Below, piece by piece: positions 48,225 to 57,896 of a stretch of DNA of 64,000 nt. The position numbers were made by a program, and so were the translations under genes. The stretch is from Verrucomicrobiales bacterium (lineage in GTDB: Bacteria > Actinomycetota > Acidimicrobiia > Acidimicrobiales > SHLQ01), in NCBI GenBank assembly GCA_047638715.1, contig JBLIMK010000001.1, positions 32,729-96,728 on the forward strand, in the 5' to 3' direction. The notes under the pieces were generated by a model. It did not search any database and had not been told where the DNA came from. It was given only the letters and a program-made list of their open reading frames with translations. Each line of letters begins with the position of its first letter. Position 1 is the first letter of the stretch.

Positions 48225-49096
48225 TCATGACCGAATCGGCGCTCGCCGGCGTCCTACAAGAGGGCGAAATCATCCAGTTCGTCGACATCAAGGACCGACG
48301 TTATTCGGTGACCCTGGAGTCCGGGAAAGAGTTCCACTCCCACGCCGGGCTCATCAAGCACGATGATGTGATTGGTCGAGCCGAAGGTCGCTATCTGAAG
48401 TCGACCCGCGGCGGAAGTTACCTCGTGATCCGTCCTACGCTCGCCGAACTCATCTTGAAGATGCCACGTGGCGCGCAGGTCATCTATCCCAAGGACCTCG
48501 GTCCGCTTCTCATGATCGCTGACATCTTTCCAGGAGCCCGAGTGTTCGAGAGCGGCGTTGGTTCCGGAGCTCTGTCGATGACAATGCTGCGCGCCGGGGC
48601 GCACATCACCGGCTACGAACTTCGTGAAGACTTCGCCCAGCGTGCGCAGAAGAATGTCAGCGAGATTCTCGGACCTGACGTGCTTGATCGATATGACGTG
48701 CAGCTACGAAACGCGTACGACGGCATCGACGAGAAGGCATTTGATCGAGTGGTTCTCGATCTTCCGGAGCCATGGCAGGTGATTCCCCATGCGGCCGAGG
48801 CAATGCGCACCGGTGGAGTTTTTGTTGCCTACACGCCGAGTGTGATGCAGGTGAGCAAGGTACGCGAAACACTGAAGATGAACGGCTTCGGCATGGCCGA
48901 AACTACCGAATTCCTCCAACGCGGTTGGCATGTCGAAGGACAGGCGGTTCGCCCCGACCACCGAATGGTTGGACACACGGGCTTTCTCACGTCTGCCCGG
49001 CTACTCGAAGGCACGCCTCCGCCTTCTCGCAGTGAAAAGGTCGCTAAGGCGATCGTCGCCAAGGCAAGAGAAGACGCCGCGCCTACACCTCGATGA
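48221..49096 (+). CDS. trmI: tRNA (adenine58-N1)-methyltransferase
   Basis: SAM motif VFESGVGSGALS, motif LDLPEPW, and about 291 aa. It occupies the same position upstream of arc/mpa as the mycobacterial Rv2118c. ATGA overlap with ttuA. Confidence 0.88.
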   Translation: MIMTESALAGVLQEGEIIQFVDIKDRRYSVTLESGKEFHSHAGLIKHDDVIGRAEGRYLKSTRGGSYLVIRPTLAELILKMPRGAQVIYPKDLGPLLMIADIFPGARVFESGVGSGALSMTMLRAGAHITGYELREDFAQRAQKNVSEILGPDVLDRYDVQLRNAYDGIDEKAFDRVVLDLPEPWQVIPHAAEAMRTGGVFVAYTPSVMQVSKVRETLKMNGFGMAETTEFLQRGWHVEGQAVRPDHRMVGHTGFLTSARLLEGTPPPSRSEKVAKAIVAKAREDAAPTPR

Positions 49097-49319
49097 AGAT
49101 GCACTCCCCGGGACATTCTTCGGCGGATTCGACGACGCCGTCTTCTTTGCCGCTCGGCACAGGTACGAGCCCCTGAACACCGCCAGGTTCGCTCATGATG
49201 CTGGCGCCATCTTTGACGTATGCGAGCCCATCGTCGAGCAGAGCGAAGACGTCGGGGGCGATCTCGACGCAAATTCCGTCGCCAGTGCACAAATCCTGAT
49301 CGATCCAGACCTTCATCAT
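49083..49319 (-). CDS. Small single-cluster ferredoxin
   Basis: Sequence [22 protein letters not shown]...CPGECIFIE follows the CxxxxxC...CP pattern of actinobacterial 3Fe-4S/4Fe-4S ferredoxins. SD GAAAGGA lies upstream. The longer ORF-track call is a low-complexity extension. Confidence 0.75.
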   Translation of the reverse strand: MMKVWIDQDLCTGDGICVEIAPDVFALLDDGLAYVKDGASIMSEPGGVQGLVPVPSGKEDGVVESAEECPGECIFIEV

Positions 49320-49331
49320 CGTCCTTTCACC

Positions 49332-49354
49332 GTGGCCCACTTCCATCGGGCCAC
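49332..49354. other. Stem-loop GTGGCCC-N9-GGGCCAC immediately upstream of the ferredoxin SD, within the divergent ferredoxin/arc control region
   Basis: Read directly from the sequence: 7-bp perfect stem. Confidence 0.4.
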
Positions 49355-49482
49355 ACGCCGCAGAGTGTAGCGATCTCCCTGCCGTCTCAATCCGTGGGAA
49401 TCTGTTGCGGAGAAACCTGTCGGTTGGTCCCTGGGAATGGCCGGGGTGTACGACTAGGTTCTCGTCGAGGGAGGCAACCACC

Positions 49483-51237
49483 GTGAGCGAAGATTCCGAA
49501 CGTCGCCAGATCGAAGCGGATTTGGCCGACGAACGTCGCCAGATCGCCGTGCTGACCGAAGAGGTAGAGGCCCTGCGAAACCGGCTCGACGAAGCACCGC
49601 GACGCGTTCTCGCCCTCGAGGAACGTTTGCTGGAAACCAAGGGACAACTCGCGCAAGCTGTGGCCCGAAATGAAAAGCTCACATACACGTTGCGCGAGGC
49701 GCGCGACAGTATTGCCACGCTGCGCGAAGAGGTCGACAAACTCACCCAAGCGCCTGCCAGTTACGGAACCTTCCTTGGGCTGAACGATGACGATGGAAGC
49801 GCCGATGTATACGCGGGCGGCCGCAAAGTACGCGTGGCCGTCAATCCTGAGCTGGACGAGCTTCTCGAGGTCGGCCAAGAGGTCGTGCTCAACGACAGCT
49901 TGAACATCATCAAAGCGCGAGGTCTCGAGACGACTGGCGAGATCGCGAGTGTTAGAGAACTTCTGGGCGACGGTCGGGCAATGATCACCGGAAGGGCCGA
50001 CGAAGAGCGGGTCGTCGAAATCTGCGAAGGACTCCGTGGCAAGGCGTTGAAGGCGGGCGATTCTGTACTGATCGACCCTCGTTCGAACATGATCCTTGAG
50101 AAACTGCCCCGCCCAGGCGTTGAAGATCTGGTTCTTGAGGAGGTTCCCGATGTCTGCTATGCCGACATTGGTGGTCTCGATGAACAGATCGAACAGATCA
50201 CGGACGCGATCGAGCTACCTTTTGTTCACTCCGAACTGTTCACCGAGTTCGAACTGCCGTCGCCGAAAGGCATCTTGCTCTACGGGCCCCCTGGCTGCGG
50301 CAAGACGCTCATTGCGAAGGCCGTCGCAAACTCGCTCGCGAAACGCGTCGCCGAAGTCACCGGCGATGAGACAGCAAAGTCCTTCTTCATCAATATCAAG
50401 GGCCCGGAGCTCTTGAACAAGTACGTAGGTGAAACGGAGCGTCAGATCCGCCTCGTGTTCCAACGCGCTCGCGAGAAGGCCTCGGAGGGTTGGCCAGTAA
50501 TCGTCTTCTTCGACGAAATGGAGTCGTTGTTTCGAACGCGCGGCTCAGGCATTAGCTCCGACATTGAGTCGACGATCGTGCCACAACTTCTGGCCGAGAT
50601 CGATGGAGTAGAAACCCTCCGCAACGTTGTCGTCATCGGCGCATCGAACCGCGAAGATCTGATCGATCCAGCGATCCTGCGACCCGGCCGTCTCGACGTC
50701 AAGATCAGAATCGATCGACCCGACGAACTCTCCGCAGCAGCGATCTTCCGTCAGTACTTGACACCTGAGCTACCAATCGATCAGACGCTCATCGAGACGA
50801 CGGGCGGGGGCGATCGCAACAAAGCGGTCGCAGCCATGGTCGATGCGGCTGTCTCAGAGATGTACCGCACCGACGAGCAGAACGAGTTCCTCGAAGTCAC
50901 CTACCAGAACGGTGACAAAGAGGTCATGTATTTCAAAGACTTCTCATCGGGTGCAATGATCGAGAACGTCGTTCGGCGCGCAAAACAATTGGCGATCAAG
51001 CGCATCATCAACGGGGGAGCGCGCGGTATCCGATCTGAGGACCTCGTTGCAGCAACGAAGAGGGAGTTCCGGGAGCACGAAGATCTTCCGAACACCACCA
51101 ACCCTGACGATTGGGCCAAAATCTCGGGCAAGAAGGGCGAACGCATCGTCTACATTCGAACGCTCGTTGGCACCACCGCAGAATCGTCCAGCGGCGGTCG
51201 CGAAGTGCAACGAGTCGGAACGGGGCAGTACCTGTAA
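49483..51237 (+). CDS. arc: Proteasome-associated AAA+ ATPase (ARC/Mpa)
   Basis: N-terminal coiled coil, Walker A GPPGCGKT, Walker B VIVFFDEM, and the C-terminal GQYL docking motif. GTG at 49483 is preceded by GAGGGAGG. Confidence 0.95.
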   Translation: MSEDSERRQIEADLADERRQIAVLTEEVEALRNRLDEAPRRVLALEERLLETKGQLAQAVARNEKLTYTLREARDSIATLREEVDKLTQAPASYGTFLGLNDDDGSADVYAGGRKVRVAVNPELDELLEVGQEVVLNDSLNIIKARGLETTGEIASVRELLGDGRAMITGRADEERVVEICEGLRGKALKAGDSVLIDPRSNMILEKLPRPGVEDLVLEEVPDVCYADIGGLDEQIEQITDAIELPFVHSELFTEFELPSPKGILLYGPPGCGKTLIAKAVANSLAKRVAEVTGDETAKSFFINIKGPELLNKYVGETERQIRLVFQRAREKASEGWPVIVFFDEMESLFRTRGSGISSDIESTIVPQLLAEIDGVETLRNVVVIGASNREDLIDPAILRPGRLDVKIRIDRPDELSAAAIFRQYLTPELPIDQTLIETTGGGDRNKAVAAMVDAAVSEMYRTDEQNEFLEVTYQNGDKEVMYFKDFSSGAMIENVVRRAKQLAIKRIINGGARGIRSEDLVAATKREFREHEDLPNTTNPDDWAKISGKKGERIVYIRTLVGTTAESSSGGREVQRVGTGQYL

Positions 51238-52737
51238 ATGGTTGTCCCAAAGACACTTGGCGTCGAGACCGAGTATGGAATTGTCCTGCGCGGAACGGAC
51301 GAACCAAACCCGATCTCGGCATCGTCACTACTCATCAACGCATACCTCGCCGTGCGCGAACCACTCAGCCAGCCCCGCGTCTCGTGGGATTTCGAAGATG
51401 AGACTCCGGCTCGAGATGCCCGCGGCGAAACACCGCTGCATTCGCTTGCACCCGAGATCGAAACACACCTCGTCAACGCCGTGCTCACGAACGGATCGCG
51501 CTACTACGTCGATCACGCACATCCCGAATACGCAACGCCTGAATGTGCCGACGCGCGCTCGATCGTCGTGCACGATCGCGCAGGTGAGGAAATTCTGATC
51601 CAGTCGATGGCGGCCGCATCGACGCTGCTGGCCGATCACCAAGAAATCGTGGTCTACAAGAACAACAGCGACGGCAAGGGCAACTCCTACGGCTGTCACG
51701 AGAACTATCTGATGGATCGAGCAACGCCGTTCGGTCAGATCGTGAAACACGGCATTGCGCACCTCATTACCCGGCAAATCTTCACCGGTGCGGGCAAGGT
51801 GGGTACGGAGCTGCCCGGCTTGAATCGAAATGAGGTCACGTTCCAACTGACCCAACGGGCCGACTTCTTCGAAGAACAGGTCGGTCTCGAGACGACGCTG
51901 AAGCGACCGATCATCAACACTCGCGACGAGCCCCATGCCGATGCCCGCAAATACCGACGGCTGCACGTCATTGCCGGCGATGCAAACATGAGCGAGGTCG
52001 CGACCTACCTCAAGGTAGGTACCACGGCCATAGTCCTCGCCATGGTGGAACACGAAGCGATCAGCCGAACGTTTTCGTTCGCTGATCCAGTTCGCGCAAT
52101 GCAACAGATCAGCTACGACCTCGACCTAACCGAGCCACTCGACCTCGACGATGGCACCCGGATCCGAGCGATCGACGTTCAGCGCTCGCTGTTCGCTGAC
52201 GCACAACGATTCATCGAGAAACACGGCACTGAGTCCGTCGGCGGCGATGTTGCGCTCGACGTCATGACGCGCTGGGGCTCAACCCTCGACACGCTCGCAC
52301 GCGATCCTCTCGAACTCGCGTCGACGATCGACTGGGTAGCAAAATATCGCCTTCTCGAGGCCTATCGCGAACGGCACGGCATCGAATGGGATGACGCCCG
52401 CCTCGCAGCGATGGACATCCAATACCACGATATGCGCCCTGGTCGGTCGCTGGCACGGAAACTCGGGCTCGAGGTGCTGGTATCGCCTGCAGAGGTATTC
52501 GCTGCTACCTCCAATCCCCCCGAAGACACACGCGCTTACTTTCGAGGCGAATGCCTCCGCAAATGGGGCGAGTACATCGTTGCCGCAAATTGGGATTCGC
52601 TTGTTTTCGACGTCGGCGTGGAACCACTTCGACGAATCCCGATGATGGAGCCGACGCGAGGTACTCGCAACCACGTCGGTACGGTGTTAGAAGAGTGCGA
52701 TACACCGTTGGAATTGCTTGAACGCCTTCGTGGCTGA
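51238..52737 (+). CDS. dop: Pup deamidase/depupylase
   Basis: N-terminal GVETEYG and the carboxylate-amine ligase fold. At 499 aa it is longer than the PafA paralog. It sits immediately upstream of pup. Confidence 0.92.
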   Translation: MVVPKTLGVETEYGIVLRGTDEPNPISASSLLINAYLAVREPLSQPRVSWDFEDETPARDARGETPLHSLAPEIETHLVNAVLTNGSRYYVDHAHPEYATPECADARSIVVHDRAGEEILIQSMAAASTLLADHQEIVVYKNNSDGKGNSYGCHENYLMDRATPFGQIVKHGIAHLITRQIFTGAGKVGTELPGLNRNEVTFQLTQRADFFEEQVGLETTLKRPIINTRDEPHADARKYRRLHVIAGDANMSEVATYLKVGTTAIVLAMVEHEAISRTFSFADPVRAMQQISYDLDLTEPLDLDDGTRIRAIDVQRSLFADAQRFIEKHGTESVGGDVALDVMTRWGSTLDTLARDPLELASTIDWVAKYRLLEAYRERHGIEWDDARLAAMDIQYHDMRPGRSLARKLGLEVLVSPAEVFAATSNPPEDTRAYFRGECLRKWGEYIVAANWDSLVFDVGVEPLRRIPMMEPTRGTRNHVGTVLEECDTPLELLERLRG

Positions 52738-52772
52738 GTCTGCACAACGCTACGAATAGTCAGGAGATCGCT

Positions 52773-52967
52773 ATGGCTGAACGCGAACAGATCAAGAGAA
52801 CAGGGCAGAACACCGAGGCCGAAGAGGTCGAGGAGCTCCCGGCTGCGTCGGAATCGGGCGAGAAGTTGAAGGCCGACATGGACGACCTTCTCGACGAGAT
52901 CGATGAAGTGCTCGAGACGAACGCTGAGGACTTTGTAAAAAGCTATATCCAAAAGGGTGGGCAGTGA
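52773..52967 (+). CDS. pup: Prokaryotic ubiquitin-like protein Pup
   Basis: 64 aa, acidic. The Mpa-binding helix LLDEIDEVLETNAEDFVKSYIQKGGQ ends in GGQ. Confidence 0.93.
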   Translation: MAEREQIKRTGQNTEAEEVEELPAASESGEKLKADMDDLLDEIDEVLETNAEDFVKSYIQKGGQ

Positions 52968-53767
52968 CTCTTCCGTACTTTGTCCCCGGAGACGACCCCG
53001 GTCCCGACTTCGCACGATTGGTCCGCAGACAGGGAACGGAACCATTCCCTCCTGCACATGGCGCTTCGAGCAGCGATATCACACACGGCACAACCTGCGT
53101 GGCCGTGCGATACGCCGACGGCGTGGTTATGGCTGGCGATCGGCGGGCGACATCAGGCAACCTGATCTCGCATCGTTCGATTGAGAAGGTCTTTGCTGCC
53201 GACCGGCACAGTGCAGTAGCGATCGCTGGTGCTGCTGGCCCCGCTATCGAGATGGTCCGGTTGTTTCAGCTTCAGCTCGAACATTACGAAAAAGTCGAGG
53301 GCTCACCTCTCAGCCTCGAAGGTAAAGCAAACCAACTCGGCCAAATGATTCGATCGAACCTGCCCGCTGCAATGTCGGGCCTGGCAGTCGTGCCGATCTT
53401 TGCTGGGTATGACCTCGCACGAGAGACGGGTCGCCTGTTCGAGTACGACATCACCGGTGGGCGCTACGAAGAGTCCGACTATGCAGCTACCGGATCGGGT
53501 TCTCTTCACGCCGAGACCGTAATCAAGGTCGGCTATAGCCGTGACATGTCTGGCGACCAGGCAGTCACGCTGCTTGCTGAAGCCTTGTTCCAGGCCGCCG
53601 ATGCAGATTCTGCGACAGGTGGGGCCGACACGTTGCGAGGCATATTCCCAATCGTGGCGACTATGAGCGAAGAGGGTTTCGCCCGTGTCGAAGATGCGGT
53701 GGTTGGAACGAAATTCGCCGAGATCGCTGAACGTTTCGCGGCGAACCACCGTGAGGTACAACCATGA
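52964..53767 (+). CDS. prcB: 20S proteasome beta subunit
   Basis: A propeptide is followed by the HG|TTCVAVRY catalytic Thr context. ATGA-type overlap with pup. Confidence 0.93.
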   Translation: MTLPYFVPGDDPGPDFARLVRRQGTEPFPPAHGASSSDITHGTTCVAVRYADGVVMAGDRRATSGNLISHRSIEKVFAADRHSAVAIAGAAGPAIEMVRLFQLQLEHYEKVEGSPLSLEGKANQLGQMIRSNLPAAMSGLAVVPIFAGYDLARETGRLFEYDITGGRYEESDYAATGSGSLHAETVIKVGYSRDMSGDQAVTLLAEALFQAADADSATGGADTLRGIFPIVATMSEEGFARVEDAVVGTKFAEIAERFAANHREVQP

Positions 53768-54435
53768 CCACGCCGTTCTACGTCGCCCCCGAACAGATGA
53801 TGAAGGATCGGGCGGACTACGCACGCAAAGGTATTGCCCGCGGGCGCAGCCTCATTGCGATGGCGTACGAACACGGCATCTTTATCTGTGCCGAGAATCC
53901 TTCGTCGACATTGCACAAGGTTTCGGAGATCTACGACCGGATCGCCTTTGCCGGTGTGGGCAAGTACAACGAATTCGATCAGCTTCGAATCGCTGGAATT
54001 CGTCACGCTGACCTCAAGGGATTCACCTACAGCCGCGAAGACGTCGAAGCGCGCAGCCTTGCGAACAACTACGCACAGATGCTCGGTCAGACGTTCACAC
54101 ACGAGATGAAGCCGATGGAGGTCGAGATTCTCGTGGCTGAGATCAGCGACACTCCTGGCGAGGAGCAGTTGTTCCACATCTTGTACGACGGGACGGTCAT
54201 GGATGAGGGCGACTTCGTTGTGCTCGGAGGCGACTCTGACGCGATCAGCGAGCGAGTTGCAGGAGCCTATTCGCTTGGGTTGAGCGCTTCGGCGGCGCTG
54301 GAGGTTGCGCGCTCTGCGCTGGCCGGCGAGGATCGCACGCTCAGCGACGGTGACCTCGAGGTAGCGATGCTCGACCGTACGCTCGGTAGACGCACGTTCC
54401 GACACATCCAAGAGGATCAGCTCGCATCGTTGTAA
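53764..54435 (+). CDS. prcA: 20S proteasome alpha subunit
   Basis: N-terminus MTTPFYVAPEQMMKDRADYARKGIARGRS is typical of bacterial PrcA. Overlaps the prcB stop. Confidence 0.93.
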   Translation: MTTPFYVAPEQMMKDRADYARKGIARGRSLIAMAYEHGIFICAENPSSTLHKVSEIYDRIAFAGVGKYNEFDQLRIAGIRHADLKGFTYSREDVEARSLANNYAQMLGQTFTHEMKPMEVEILVAEISDTPGEEQLFHILYDGTVMDEGDFVVLGGDSDAISERVAGAYSLGLSASAALEVARSALAGEDRTLSDGDLEVAMLDRTLGRRTFRHIQEDQLASL

Positions 54436-54570
54436 CCAACAAACACGGGAAACCCCAGCATGCTTCGTATGTCCAAGCTCCCTGATTCAGACCGTGCCGC
54501 GGCTGAAGAACTAGGGAGCGCGGCCGCCTAACCCACCCTGCGGTGTCGTCGTCCTAGTACGCTAAGGGCA

Positions 54571-55929
54571 ATGCAGCGACGCATCTTTGGACTCGAAAAC
54601 GAATACGGCGTCACCTGCACACTCGAGGGACAACGACGATTGTCCCCAGATGAGGTTGCTCGTTATCTGTTCCGCCGCGTGGTCTCTTGGGGTCGCAGCA
54701 GCAACGTCTTCCTCGCAAACGGTGCTCGCTTGTACCTCGACGTAGGTTCGCATCCCGAGTACGCCACACCTGAGTGCGACAACGTCTACGACGTCGTTGT
54801 CCACGACAAAGCCGGCGAACGAATTCTCGAGCAACTGCTGATCGGAGCGCAGCAACGTCTCACCGAAGAGGGGATTCGTGGCGATATCTATCTCTTCAAA
54901 AACAACACGGACTCCGCCGGCAACTCCTACGGCTGCCACGAGAATTATCTCACGAGCCGCAAGGACGACATCGGGTCGTACTCCGAAGTCCTTATTCCTT
55001 TCCTCGTGAGCCGGCAGATCTATGCGGGTGCAGGCAAGGTCCTGCAGACCGCGCGAGGCGCCATGTACTGCGTCAGCCAGCGTGCCGAACACATTTGGGA
55101 AGGCGTGTCGAGCGCGACGACGCGCTCCCGTCCAATCATCAACACGCGAGACGAGCCACATGCCGACGCCGAGAAGTATCGCCGCCTTCATGTAATCGTG
55201 GGCGACTCGAACATGAGCGAATACACGTCATTCCTGAAGGTTGGCGCTGCCTCGCTCATGTTGCGGATGCTCGAAGAGCCCAATGTCATGGTTCGAGACA
55301 TGACGCTCGAGAACCCGATACGCGCGATTCGCGAAATCAGCCACGACCCGACCTGCACGAGGCGAGTTCGGCTAGCCAACGGTCGAGAAGCGTCAGCGCT
55401 CGAGATCCAAAGCGAGTACCTCGAACGTGCACTGCGATTCGCCGACTTTCATGAGCTGGATCCACTCGAAAAGCAGGCGTTGCAGATGTGGGAGCACTGT
55501 CTCACCACCATTGCAGATGACCCAATGAAACTCGATCGCGAAATTGACTGGGTCATCAAGTACAAACTCCTCGAGGCGTACCGGGAACGGCACGACCTCT
55601 CACTCGCCGATCCTCGCGTTGCGCTCATCGACCTGCAGTACCACGACATTCACCGCCAGCGAAGCCTCTTCTATCGAATGCAGAGGCGTGGGCTCGTCGA
55701 ACGCATCTGTGACGATCAAGACATCGCCACCGCTGTCGAGACACCACCACAAACAACTCGTGCCCGTCTTCGAGGCGAGTTCATTCGTCGTGCCAAGGAG
55801 CGCCGTCGCGACTTCACTGTCGATTGGGTTCATCTCAAGCTGAATGATCAGGCACAGCGGACCGTTCTGTGCAAGGACCCCTTTCGCAGCCAAGACGAGC
55901 GGGTTGACAAGCTCATTGCTTCGCTGTGA
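54571..55929 (+). CDS. pafA: Pup-protein ligase
   Basis: N-terminus [13 protein letters not shown]. 452 aa and a paralog of Dop (shared YGCHENYL and [11 protein letters not shown]). Confidence 0.93.
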   Translation: MQRRIFGLENEYGVTCTLEGQRRLSPDEVARYLFRRVVSWGRSSNVFLANGARLYLDVGSHPEYATPECDNVYDVVVHDKAGERILEQLLIGAQQRLTEEGIRGDIYLFKNNTDSAGNSYGCHENYLTSRKDDIGSYSEVLIPFLVSRQIYAGAGKVLQTARGAMYCVSQRAEHIWEGVSSATTRSRPIINTRDEPHADAEKYRRLHVIVGDSNMSEYTSFLKVGAASLMLRMLEEPNVMVRDMTLENPIRAIREISHDPTCTRRVRLANGREASALEIQSEYLERALRFADFHELDPLEKQALQMWEHCLTTIADDPMKLDREIDWVIKYKLLEAYRERHDLSLADPRVALIDLQYHDIHRQRSLFYRMQRRGLVERICDDQDIATAVETPPQTTRARLRGEFIRRAKERRRDFTVDWVHLKLNDQAQRTVLCKDPFRSQDERVDKLIASL

Positions 55930-56031
55930 TCTCCCGCGGGTTCAGATCCGTCGCCTAGTGGCTCCTCGATCGAACAGCGGAACGCAGGCGTAGCCCGGCT
56001 TCGCACGGGTCCTTCCAGATAGAGTCAGCAG

Positions 56032-56958
56032 GTGTCGAAGCTCGAGCGTCTTTTGAAGCTGCTGGCCGTGTTACTGGACACGACCCTTCCGTTGTCCGCC
56101 GAGGATCTCCGCCGACGGATCGGCGGCTACCCCGACGGCGATGCAACGTTTCGTCGAACGTTCGAACGAGACAAGGACGACCTGCGATCGATGGGTGTGG
56201 CGATTCGCGTCGCGTCGGTTCCTGGCACCGAGCCGCCCCTCGACGGCTACATCGTCGACCAGGACGTCTACGCCGGGCAGGATCCTGGACTTGAACCTGA
56301 CGAGCTTGCGGCCTTGCACCTGGCTGCAGCGCTTATGCGGGTCGGTGAACTCGGAGACGATGCGTTCTGGAAGTTGGGTGGTTCCGGCGAAACAGACCCC
56401 GCCCGAGAGCCCACATCGATCGGTGCTGTCGCTCCGAGCGATGACGCAGGGCTGATGCACACGGCCATATCCGAGCGACGGGTAGCGACATTCCGTTATC
56501 GCGATACCGACCGCGAACTCGAACCCGCACGCATCAGCTTCACACGAGGTCAGTGGTACGTCTCAGGACACGACAGGGCGCGAGATGCCGAACGGGTCTT
56601 TCGAATCGACCGGATCGATGGATCCGTGGAACTCGGTCAGCCCAACGCGTTCGAACGGCGACCAGCCCGAGGTCCCGAGGTAACACGAACCTGGGAGCTC
56701 GGTGACGAAGAACCGATCGCCGCTTCGGTTCGCATCGACGCAGAAGTTGCTCTATGGGCTCGCGTCCACCTGCGACCCGATGAGATTGAGCCTCAGGCCG
56801 ATGGCTCGGTCCTCGTGAATATGTCGGTCCGAAACACCGATGCCTTCCGAGATTGGGTCTTGAGCTTTCTCGACAACGCTGAGGTGGTCACTCCAGAAGT
56901 GTTCCGCACGGTAATCACGGATTGGCTTCTACTGGTTCGAGAGGGCGTGGAGGCATGA
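56032..56958 (+). CDS. pafB: PafB, HTH-WYL transcriptional regulator subunit
   Basis: N-terminal wHTH (SKLERLLKLLAVLL...SAEDL), a central WYL-like segment (FRYRDTDRELEPARISFTRGQWYVSGHD) and position after pafA. Confidence 0.85.
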   Translation: MSKLERLLKLLAVLLDTTLPLSAEDLRRRIGGYPDGDATFRRTFERDKDDLRSMGVAIRVASVPGTEPPLDGYIVDQDVYAGQDPGLEPDELAALHLAAALMRVGELGDDAFWKLGGSGETDPAREPTSIGAVAPSDDAGLMHTAISERRVATFRYRDTDRELEPARISFTRGQWYVSGHDRARDAERVFRIDRIDGSVELGQPNAFERRPARGPEVTRTWELGDEEPIAASVRIDAEVALWARVHLRPDEIEPQADGSVLVNMSVRNTDAFRDWVLSFLDNAEVVTPEVFRTVITDWLLLVREGVEA

Positions 56959-57896
56959 AGATCGCAGCGAAGGATCGTATGGCTCGACTGATCGCGGCGA
57001 TTCCATGGATCGTCGCCCAAGATGGCGCATCGGTGAACGAAATTTCCGAGCGTTTCGACTATCCACGCGAGCTGTTGCTCGCAGATCTCCAAGACGTGGT
57101 CTTTTACGTCGGAGTACCTCCGTACACACCCGACACGCTTATCGAGGTCGTCATCGAGGACGACATGGTGTGGATCAGGTATGCGGACTGGTTCTCGAGG
57201 CCGATGCGATTGTCCGGCTCGGAGATCCTCGCGCTTCTCGCGGCAGGGGAGACGGCGCTTGCATTCGATAATCAGGATGAAGCTGGTGCCCTAGCTCGGG
57301 GTTTGACGAAATTGCGCCTCGCCACCGGGAGCGGCGACGATGTTGTTGATGTGCAACTCGGTGTTGCAGCGGAGACCACGTTGCCGGTGCTGCGTGCCGC
57401 GGCCGATTCACAGCGGTGTGTGGATATCTCGTACTACTCGTTCTCGAGCGATGAACGTACGGATCGACGCATCGAACCGAGTCGGTTTTTTATGGACGAC
57501 GGAAATTGGTATGTGGGTGGGCACTGCCACCGCGCCAACGCTGAACGGGTGTTTCGTGTGGACCGTATCGAACAAATCGTCGAGACGGAGGAAACATTCT
57601 CCGCCACAGCGAGCCGGGAGGCAGGAGCCCCCCTGTTCTCAATCGATGAAGCTCCTCAGGCCACCCTGTCGTTGCCCGCTGCGCGCTCGAGGCTTTTGGA
57701 CGGTGTCCCGATCGAGTCTCGTAAGGATTCCGAGAATGACATCGTCGTGCGGTTACCAATCTCGTCGAGTCGTTGGCTCGGACAGCTGATGATTCGAATC
57801 GGTCCCGGCGGGCGACTGGTCGAGGTTCCTGATGAGGTGGCGATCGACCTCGCATCGGCGACGGAAAAGATCCTCGCTCGTTACGGCGTCTCGTGA
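56955..57896 (+). CDS. pafC: PafC, HTH-WYL transcriptional regulator subunit
   Basis: ATGA overlap with pafB. Motifs MARLIAAIPWIV...SVNEISERF and a WYL-like segment (ISYYSFSSDERTDRRIEPSRFFMDDGNWYVGGH). Confidence 0.85.
   Translation: MKIAAKDRMARLIAAIPWIVAQDGASVNEISERFDYPRELLLADLQDVVFYVGVPPYTPDTLIEVVIEDDMVWIRYADWFSRPMRLSGSEILALLAAGETALAFDNQDEAGALARGLTKLRLATGSGDDVVDVQLGVAAETTLPVLRAAADSQRCVDISYYSFSSDERTDRRIEPSRFFMDDGNWYVGGHCHRANAERVFRVDRIEQIVETEETFSATASREAGAPLFSIDEAPQATLSLPAARSRLLDGVPIESRKDSENDIVVRLPISSSRWLGQLMIRIGPGGRLVEVPDEVAIDLASATEKILARYGVS

Noticed and set aside
54460-54531. 23-codon ORF (MLRMSKLPDSDRAAAEELGSAAA) in the prcA-pafA spacer.
   Set aside because: It has no SD-like sequence, is very short and has unremarkable composition. 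The spacer is more simply explained as a terminator/promoter region (GC-rich inverted repeats around the GCGGCCGC site). It is not supportable as a gene from sequence alone.
55930-56031. Looked for the PafBC-associated promoter motif (TGTCGGTG-type box followed by a TANNNT -10) upstream of pafB and in other intergenic regions.
   Set aside because: I found no convincing match by eye. The claim needs a proper position-weight-matrix scan and is not made.
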